NCBI GenBank assembly: GCA_016212795.1
Contig: JACRDT010000004.1
Coordinates: forward strand, 23,812-87,811
Length of the DNA stretch: 64,000 nucleotides
Reading direction: 5' to 3'
Origin: Elusimicrobiota bacterium
GTDB taxonomy: Bacteria > Elusimicrobiota > Elusimicrobia > UBA1565 > UBA9628
How positions within the stretch are numbered: position 1 is the stretch's first letter; each line of letters opens with the position of its first letter. The notes under the pieces are model-generated. The model ran no database searches. It was not told the DNA's origin and worked only from the letters and a program-made list of their open reading frames with translations. Shown in pieces: positions 57,479-64,000 of the stretch. The position numbers were made by a program, and so were the translations under genes.

Positions 57479-59112
57479 GCGCCGGCCAGGACACGGGCGA
57501 AGAAGTCGTTGCCCTTGTCGTCGATCAGGATGCCGGCGGGGAAATCCACGACGTCGATCGCCCAGACGGACTCCATCCCCAGCTCCGGGTAGTCGATCAC
57601 GGAGACCTTCTTGATGTGGTTCTCCGCCAGCAGGGCGGCCACGCCCCCGGCCGAGCCCAGGTAGAAGCCGCCGTGCTTCTTCAGGGCCTGGGTCACCGCG
57701 GGCGTCCTGTTGCCCTTGCCGATCATGACCATCGAGGCGCCGTGGGCCATGAAGTCGTCGACGTAGGCGTCCATCCTGCCGGAGGTCGTGGGGCCGAACG
57801 AGCCCGACGGCTTGCCCGCGGGCTTCTTGGCCGGGCCCGCGTAGTAGACCGGGTGGTCCTTGAAGTACTGCGGCAGGCCCTGGCCCTTGTCCAGCCGCTC
57901 CTTGAGCTTGGCGTGGGCGATGTCCCGGGCCACGACCAGGCGGCCGGTCAGGAGCAGCCTGGTCCCCACCGGGTGGCGGGAGAGGTCGGCGAGGATGTCC
58001 TTCATCGGGCGGTTCAGGTCGACCGGCACGGCGCCCGGGTCGCGGCCCTCCCGGCGCAGCTCGGGCGGGATGAGGCGGCCCGGGTCGCGCTCCATCTCCT
58101 CGAGCCAGAGGCCGTCGCGGTCGATCTTCCCGAGGATGTTGCGGTCGGCGTTGCACGAGACGCCCATCCCGATGGGGCACGAGGCCCCGTGCCGCGGCAG
58201 GCGCACGACGCGCACGTCGTGGCAGAAGTGCTTGCCCCCGAACTGGGCGCCGAAGCCGATCTTGCGGGAGGCCTCGAGCAGCTCGGCTTCCAGGGCGGCG
58301 TCCCGGAAGGCGACCCCGTGGGCGTTGCCCCGCGCGGGCAGCCCGTCGAGGCAGCCGGTCGAGGCGAGCTTGACGGTCTTGAGGCAGGCCTCCGCCGAGG
58401 TCCCGCCCACGACGAAGGCGAGGTGGTAGGGCGGGCAGGCCGCGGTCCCGATGGACCGCATCTTCTCGACGAGGAAGGCCTTGAGCGCCCCCGGGGTGAG
58501 GCGCGCCTTGGTCTCCTGGTAGAGCATGGTCTTGTTGCTCGACCCGCCGCCCTTGGTCACGAAGAGGAACTCGTAGGCGGCGCCCGGGACCGCGTAGATG
58601 TCGATCTGGGCCGGGAGGTTGCTGCCGGTGTTGGCCTCGTCGAACATGGTCAAGGGGGCGACCTGGGAATACCGGAGGTCGTGGGTCGCGTAGGCTTTCC
58701 AGATGCCCTTGGACAGCAGCGCCGGGTCGTCGGCGCCCGTCCACACCTGCTGGCCCTTCTTGGCGACCACCGTGGCGGTGCCCGTGTCCTGGCATGAGGG
58801 AAGCTCGAACCGGGCCGAGATGGCGTAGTTGCGCAGCAGGGCCAGGGCCACGGCCTTGTCGTTGGCCGACGCCTCGGGATCCTTGAGGATGGCGGCTACC
58901 TGCTCCTGGTGCCGCGGCCTGAGCAGGAAGGAGACGTCGCGGATGGCCTGGTAGGCGAGCTCCGAGAGGGCTTCGGGCCGCACCAGCAGGACCTCCTTGC
59001 CCTGGAACCGGGCGGTCCGGACCGCCTTGCGGTCGAGCAGGCGGTAGCTGACGCGCTTCTTCTTGACCGGGAAGGGCTCCTGGTAGCGGAACGGCTTGGC
59101 CTGCGTCGTCAT
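57475..59112 (-). CDS. fumA: Class I (Fe-S) fumarate hydratase
   Basis: [46 protein letters not shown]. Confidence 0.93.
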   Translation of the reverse strand: MTTQAKPFRYQEPFPVKKKRVSYRLLDRKAVRTARFQGKEVLLVRPEALSELAYQAIRDVSFLLRPRHQEQVAAILKDPEASANDKAVALALLRNYAISARFELPSCQDTGTATVVAKKGQQVWTGADDPALLSKGIWKAYATHDLRYSQVAPLTMFDEANTGSNLPAQIDIYAVPGAAYEFLFVTKGGGSSNKTMLYQETKARLTPGALKAFLVEKMRSIGTAACPPYHLAFVVGGTSAEACLKTVKLASTGCLDGLPARGNAHGVAFRDAALEAELLEASRKIGFGAQFGGKHFCHDVRVVRLPRHGASCPIGMGVSCNADRNILGKIDRDGLWLEEMERDPGRLIPPELRREGRDPGAVPVDLNRPMKDILADLSRHPVGTRLLLTGRLVVARDIAHAKLKERLDKGQGLPQYFKDHPVYYAGPAKKPAGKPSGSFGPTTSGRMDAYVDDFMAHGASMVMIGKGNRTPAVTQALKKHGGFYLGSAGGVAALLAENHIKKVSVIDYPELGMESVWAIDVVDFPAGILIDDKGNDFFARVLAGA

Positions 59113-59175
59113 GGTGCGACCTCCTGGGCCCCGCTCCCGCGCCAGCGCGAGGCGCCGCTCAAGGCCATGATAGCA

Positions 59176-60018
59176 CTAAAGATCCGCCTGAGGCAGGCGC
59201 TGGATCTCCTCCAGCGTGAACACCGGGCCGTCCTTGCAGACATAGACGCCGCCCACGTTGCACCGGCCGCACTTGCCCACGCCGCACTTCATCCGGTTCT
59301 CGAGCGTCGAGTAGATGGCCGTCGGCCTGAAGCCGAGGCCCGAGAGCACCGGCAGGGAGAGCCGGATCATGATCGGCGGGCCGCAGACGAGCGCCGCCGC
59401 TCCCGGCGCGGCCGCGGGCATCTCCTTGAGCACCGTCGGGACGAACCCGACCCGGCCCTTCCAATCCGGGGTCTCGCCGCCGGGGTCCACGGTCGTGACC
59501 AGCTCCACGTCCGAGCGCCCGGCCCAGCCGGCCAGCTCGTCCTTGTAGACCAGGTCGGCCACGGTGCGGGCGCCGTAGACCACGGCGACGCGTCCGAACT
59601 CGGCCCGGCGGTCGAGGATGTTCCAGATGACGCTGCGCAGGGGCGGCAGCCCGATGCCGCCGGCGACGAACAGCAGGTCCTTGCCCCGCCAGGACTCGAT
59701 TGGGAAATGGTTGCCGTAGGGCCCGCGGAAGGTCACGGGGTGCCCGACCTCGCGGTCCAGGAGCGCGGCCGTGACCCGGCCCGCCCTGCGGAAGGTGCAT
59801 TCGATGTAGTCGCGGCCGGGCGGGCTGGCCACGCAGAACGTGCTCTCGCCTTCCCCGGGCACGCCGTAGAGGCCGAACATCCCGACGCGATACCGCCGGA
59901 AGAACGCCTCGCGGTCCGGGGCATGGGCGAACGCCAGCCTCAGCGTCCGGACCTCGGGGGCCTCGTCCTTGGCCCGCTCGATGCGCATCTCGACAGGCTG
60001 GTAGATGTTCCCGTTCAT
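59176..60018 (-). CDS. FlxA/AsrB-like FAD/NAD(P)-binding [2Fe-2S] subunit
   Basis: Start MNGNIYQP; RGPYGN, AGGIGL, CGPP.M, MKCGVGKCGRC, CKDGPVF. Confidence 0.88.
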   Translation of the reverse strand: MNGNIYQPVEMRIERAKDEAPEVRTLRLAFAHAPDREAFFRRYRVGMFGLYGVPGEGESTFCVASPPGRDYIECTFRRAGRVTAALLDREVGHPVTFRGPYGNHFPIESWRGKDLLFVAGGIGLPPLRSVIWNILDRRAEFGRVAVVYGARTVADLVYKDELAGWAGRSDVELVTTVDPGGETPDWKGRVGFVPTVLKEMPAAAPGAAALVCGPPIMIRLSLPVLSGLGFRPTAIYSTLENRMKCGVGKCGRCNVGGVYVCKDGPVFTLEEIQRLPQADL

Positions 60019-61049
60019 GCCGGCACCCCGGCCGCGGGCCCGGCGGCCGGCGCCGCGGCGGCGGCGATGCGCTCGGCGGTGTCCGCCAGGGACATGCCGC
60101 GAGGGCAGACCCTGCCGCAGCGGCCGCAGCCGGTGCAGGCCGCGACTTTGAACCGCTCGGGGGCGTAGGCGAGCTTGTGCATCACGCGTTGGCGCCAGCG
60201 GCTGGCCTGGTCGGGCCGCGGGTTGTGCCCGGAGGCGTGCAGCGTGAAGAGCCCCAGGCCGCAGGCGTCCCAGTTGCGCAGGCGGACCACGCCGTTCGGA
60301 CCGGACTCGTCCTGGATGTCGAAACAGTGGCAGGCCGGGCAGGCGTACGCGCAGGCCGCGCAGCCCAGGCAGGGCAGGCTGAGCTCCTTCCAGAGAGGGG
60401 AATCGAAGTTCCCCGCGAGCCATGCCCCGACCCGCCCGATGTCGAAGCGCCGGCGCACCTCGGGGGGAGCGTCGGGGGCGGCGGCGCCGTCTTGCAGCAC
60501 GCCCGAGGCCGCCGCGGCCAGGTCGCGGCCTTGGTCGGTCAGGGGCTCCACGATCAGCGTGCGGCCGCCGTCGGCCGGCCTGAGGAGGGCGTCCGCCCCC
60601 GGCGCAGCGTCGGGGCGTCCCCCGACGCTGGTGCAGAAGCACTCCTCGTCCGCCTCGGAGCAGGCCAGGGCCGCCACCACGGTCGCGGCGCGGCGCGCGT
60701 CATAGAAGGAGTCGCGGAAGTCCCAGTTGAACACCGCGTCGAGCATGGCCAGGGCGGCGACGTCGCACGGCCGCGCCGCCAGCGCCGCGGTCTTGGGGGC
60801 CTCGGGCCGGGTCTCGATGGCGTCGAAGCCGTCGCCGGACCGGCGCCACCGGCCGATCGCTTCCGACGGGGGGAAGAAGACGTCCTTGAGGGAGTTGACG
60901 GGCACGGCGTCGGTCCGGATGGCGGCCCCGGGACTCCAGGGGGCGAACCGCACCACGCCGTCGGCCTCGACCGGGGCGACGACGCGATAGCCCGCGGCGC
61001 TCAGCGCCGCGGCGAGGTCCTGCAGCCTGTCGGCCGAGAGGGATTTCAT
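60015..61049 (-). CDS. FlxB/AsrA-like 4Fe-4S subunit
   Basis: ARPCD, CFCT, CLGCAACAYACPACHCF, R.WDAC, CTGCGRC..VCP. Confidence 0.88.
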   Translation of the reverse strand: MKSLSADRLQDLAAALSAAGYRVVAPVEADGVVRFAPWSPGAAIRTDAVPVNSLKDVFFPPSEAIGRWRRSGDGFDAIETRPEAPKTAALAARPCDVAALAMLDAVFNWDFRDSFYDARRAATVVAALACSEADEECFCTSVGGRPDAAPGADALLRPADGGRTLIVEPLTDQGRDLAAAASGVLQDGAAAPDAPPEVRRRFDIGRVGAWLAGNFDSPLWKELSLPCLGCAACAYACPACHCFDIQDESGPNGVVRLRNWDACGLGLFTLHASGHNPRPDQASRWRQRVMHKLAYAPERFKVAACTGCGRCGRVCPRGMSLADTAERIAAAAAPAAGPAAGVPA

Positions 61050-61055
61050 CTCATC

Positions 61056-61928
61056 CTAGGTGAAGAAGGAGTTGTCATCTTCCGGATCCCAGGTCCCGAT
61101 CAGGGGCTTGGCGGCCGGGTCGAGGCCGGCCTCGACGTCGAACTGCTCGGCGGCTTGGGCCGCCAGGAACGTGTTGAGGAGCATCAGCGGCAGGCCCTGC
61201 GGGCAGGCGCTCGCGCAGGCGCCGCACAGGGTGCAGCGGCCGGCCTGGTGGAAAGCCCGGATCATGTTCCACGCGTAGTTGCCGTGGCCGAGCGCCGCCG
61301 TCGAGACCCACTGGGGGACGTTGCGCTCCGTGACGCAGCGCTGGCAGTAGCAGCCGGGGCACGCGGCGCGGCAGGCGTAGCAGCGGGTGCACCGGGAGAA
61401 CCGCGCGGACCACCACTCGGCCCGCCGCTGCGCGGGCCAGGCGGCGAGCTCGGCCAGCCGCCGTCCGATGTCGGGGTCCCGGCGGGGCTCGGGCGCGGCC
61501 TCCCGGGCCAGGGCGGCGAGCTCTTCGACCTCTTTGACGCCCTCGTAGCGCTCGCCCCGGAAGGCCAGCGCCAGGAGGGCCCCTTGCGCGAACTGCGATT
61601 CGGCCGCCAGGGAGACGAGGCTGCGGCCCACGGCTTCGGAGGCCACGATGGCCAGGGGCATGCGGGCGCGGACCTCGGGCTTCTTGAGGTACGCCGCCAG
61701 GTTCTGGCTGCACGCCCCGTCGAAGACGAGCTCGCCGGCCCGGTGGGCCTCCTCGATGAAGGCGGGCCGGCGGCCGCCCCCTCCGGCGAGCGGAGCGCGA
61801 CATGCGCCTTCGGGGACGGCGGGCCCTTGCCCGCCGCCGGCGTGGGCGCGGTAGCCGATCACGAGCTTGACCCGCCCTTCCCGGAGCAGGCGGGCCGCGT
61901 CCTCGCGCAGGGACGGCGTCGGGCTCAT
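61056..61928 (-). CDS. FlxC/FdhB-like 4Fe-4S subunit
   Basis: Start MSPTPS; LVIGY, RCTRCYACRAACPGCYC, RAFHQAGRCTLCGAC...CP. Confidence 0.85.
   Translation of the reverse strand: MSPTPSLREDAARLLREGRVKLVIGYRAHAGGGQGPAVPEGACRAPLAGGGGRRPAFIEEAHRAGELVFDGACSQNLAAYLKKPEVRARMPLAIVASEAVGRSLVSLAAESQFAQGALLALAFRGERYEGVKEVEELAALAREAAPEPRRDPDIGRRLAELAAWPAQRRAEWWSARFSRCTRCYACRAACPGCYCQRCVTERNVPQWVSTAALGHGNYAWNMIRAFHQAGRCTLCGACASACPQGLPLMLLNTFLAAQAAEQFDVEAGLDPAAKPLIGTWDPEDDNSFFT
61773..61838 (+). repeat. 60-bp in-frame insertion element, copy B
   Basis: GCCGCCCCCTCCGGCGAGCGGAG identical to 24834; GCCGCC at 61773 and 61833. Confidence 0.7.
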
Positions 61929-62398
61929 GACTCCCTCCGGGGTCCCTGGGCTTCCTCCGGCGCCGGCGCCAGGCGCTTCCTCGCCGGGTTCGCCCCCGCG
62001 AAAGGGCCGGCCTCCCGGACCTTCGCCGTGAGGTCGTTGATGAGGTCCGCGAACTTCTGTCCCTCGGCCGCTGAGATCCAGCTGAACTGCAGGCGGCGGG
62101 AGTCGATGCCGGTCAGGTCGAGGAGCTTGCGCAGCAGCCCCCAGCGCCGCCGGGCATGGTAGTTGCCGCTCGTGTAGTGGCAGTCGCCGGGGTGGCAGCC
62201 GCTGACCAGCACGGCGTCGGCGCCGCCCTCGAAGGCCTTGAGGATGAAGAGGGGGGAGATCCTGCCGGTGCAGGGGAGCTTGACGATGCGCACCTCCGGC
62301 GCGTACTGCAGGCGGCTGGTGCCGGCCAGGTCGGCCCCGGCGTAGGTGCACCAGTTGCACACGAAGGCGGTGATGCGCGGGGCGCCGGCCTGGCTCAC
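61925..62398 (-). CDS. mvhD: MvhD/FlxD [2Fe-2S] subunit
   Basis: GTG62398; FVCNWCTYAGADLAG, PCTGR, GCHPGDCHY, WISAAEG. Confidence 0.92.
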   Translation of the reverse strand: MSQAGAPRITAFVCNWCTYAGADLAGTSRLQYAPEVRIVKLPCTGRISPLFILKAFEGGADAVLVSGCHPGDCHYTSGNYHARRRWGLLRKLLDLTGIDSRRLQFSWISAAEGQKFADLINDLTAKVREAGPFAGANPARKRLAPAPEEAQGPRRES

Positions 62399-64000
62399 GC
62401 GGCCTCCAGCGCGGCGATCTGGGCGTGGATCTGCTCGTCCGTGAAGCCGTCGAGGTCGATGCAGTGGGAGCGGCAGACCGCCACGCACGTGCCGCAGCCC
62501 TGGCAGAGCCCCTCGTTGACCTCCGCCACGACCTTGAGCACGCTGCCGGCGCGGTCCTTGACCTCGAAGTCCTTGACGGCGCCGTAGGGGCAGGTGTGGA
62601 CGCAGGACCTGCAGTGGCTGCACAGGTTGCGGTTCACGCGGGCGATGACGGGCTCCCGCTCCAGCTGCGGCTGGGAGAACAGGCCGAGGGTCTTGGCCGC
62701 TGCCGCCGAGGCCTGGGCGACGGCGTCGGGGATGTCCTTGGGCGCCTGGCACGCGCCGGCCAGGAAGACCCCGGCCGCCGCGGTCTCGACCGGCCTGAGC
62801 TTCGGGTGCGCCTCGGAGTAGAACCCGTGCTGGTCGTAGCCCACCCCGAACAGCTGGGCCAGCCTCTCCGAGCCGCGCCGGGGCCTGACCGCGTCGGCCA
62901 GCACGACCATGTCCGCCAGGACCGTGACGGGCCGTCCCGCGAGGGTGTCGGCGCCCTTCACCACGAGGCGGCCGTCCTGGCGGCGATAGACGCGGCTGAC
63001 CCGCCCGCGGACATATCGCGCGCCATCGTTGTCGATGGCCCGCCTGACGAATTCCTCATATCCTTTGCCGGTCGCCCTGATGTCCATGTAGAAGACGGTG
63101 GCCTCGCCGTCGTGCACCTTGTGGCGGTAGAGCATGGCGTGCTTGGCGGTGTACATGCAGCAGATCTTGGAGCAGTACGGGAGGCCCTTCTTCTCGTCGC
63201 GGCTGCCGCAGCACTGGATGAAGACCACGGTCTTGGGCTCGGCTCCGTCGGAAGGCCGCTTGATGGCGCCGCCGGTCGGGCCGCTGGCCGAGGCGAGGCG
63301 CTCGAAGGCGAAGCCGTCGATGACGTCGGCGAGCCTGCCGCCGCCGTACTCGCCGTAGGACGCGTGGTCCCACAGCTCGAAGCCCGTGGCCAGGACCACG
63401 GCCCCGACCTTGACCTTCTCGAGGCGGTCCCGGTCCTTGAAGTCCACCGCGCCGCGGGGGCAGACCTTGGCGCAGAGGCCGCACTTGCCCTGCTTGAGCA
63501 TGGTGCAGCGCTCGGCGTCGATGACGGGCTTGTTGGGCACCGCCTGGGGGAAGGGGACGTAGATGGCGCGGCGCGCGCCCAGGCCGGCGTCGAACTCGCT
63601 GGGGATCCTCTTCTGCGGGCATCTGTTCCAGCAGTCGCCGCAGCCGGTGCACTTGTCCGGGTCCACGAACCTGGCCTTGCGGCGCACGGTGACCTCGAAG
63701 TTGCCGACGAAACCCTCCACGGCCGCGACCTCGGCGTAGGTCATCAGCCGGATGTTCGGGTGGCTGGCGGCCTCGACCATCCTCGGGGTGAGGATGCACT
63801 GGCTGCAGTCGAGGGTGGGGAAGGTCTCGGAGAGGCGGGCCATGTGCCCGCCGATGGAAGGGCCGCTCTCCACGAGCACGACCTTCTTGCCGCCGGCCGC
63901 GATGTCGAGGGCCGCCTGGATGCCCGCGATGCCGCCGCCCACCACCATGGCCGTGGGCTCCACCGGCACCCGCACGGGGCGGAGGGCCCGGTCGCGCCGC
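62395..64000 (-). CDS. hdrA: Heterodisulfide reductase subunit A, 5'-truncated by the window edge
   Basis: GGGIAG, TFPTLDCSQCIL, FPQAVP, QCCGSRD, YCSKICCMY, AGACQAPKDI, C-terminal ferredoxin motifs. Confidence 0.95.
   Translation of the reverse strand, partial: RRDRALRPVRVPVEPTAMVVGGGIAGIQAALDIAAGGKKVVLVESGPSIGGHMARLSETFPTLDCSQCILTPRMVEAASHPNIRLMTYAEVAAVEGFVGNFEVTVRRKARFVDPDKCTGCGDCWNRCPQKRIPSEFDAGLGARRAIYVPFPQAVPNKPVIDAERCTMLKQGKCGLCAKVCPRGAVDFKDRDRLEKVKVGAVVLATGFELWDHASYGEYGGGRLADVIDGFAFERLASASGPTGGAIKRPSDGAEPKTVVFIQCCGSRDEKKGLPYCSKICCMYTAKHAMLYRHKVHDGEATVFYMDIRATGKGYEEFVRRAIDNDGARYVRGRVSRVYRRQDGRLVVKGADTLAGRPVTVLADMVVLADAVRPRRGSERLAQLFGVGYDQHGFYSEAHPKLRPVETAAAGVFLAGACQAPKDIPDAVAQASAAAAKTLGLFSQPQLEREPVIARVNRNLCSHCRSCVHTCPYGAVKDFEVKDRAGSVLKVVAEVNEGLCQGCGTCVAVCRSHCIDLDGFTDEQIHAQIAALEAA

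Overview
GC-rich (visually ~70%) bacterial chromosome segment with about 52 real genes and many antisense shadow ORFs. Fe-S and flavin content suggests an anaerobic or facultative organism. A PorV/PorQ-type barrel tail on a giant Ig/FN3 protein suggests Elusimicrobiota, but this is inference only. Left to right: (1) a partial secreted helical protein; (2) two class-III aminotransferases with a two-subunit CoA-transferase; (3) three pilin-leader proteins and a divergent two-component pair; (4) a self-contained type II FAS-like operon containing a cryptic ACP fused to a long coiled coil and a PlsC-acyltransferase/PPTase fusion; (5) subtilase, Cys-repeat protein, His-less CbiX-like protein and cytochrome c; (6) lipid-related oxidoreductases; (7) a tightly coupled operon of a sphingomyelin-synthase-like PAP2 protein, a CxxC-less TrxR-like protein, an RlmN-like radical SAM/isochorismatase fusion and a B12 radical SAM/STAS protein; (8) a ~2000-aa surface protein with a truncated PorV-like tail; (9) an electron-bifurcation cluster (HdrA-MvhD-Flx-like, fumarase, Ni permease, NuoEFG/HydABC-like, NfnAB, rubrerythrin, HypA). 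Two small repeat families sit in-frame inside coding sequences. One is a ~60-bp element with flanking direct repeats exactly 60 bp apart in four unrelated genes. No rRNA, tRNA, CRISPR array or transposase was seen. All calls come from motif recognition by eye; no searches were run.
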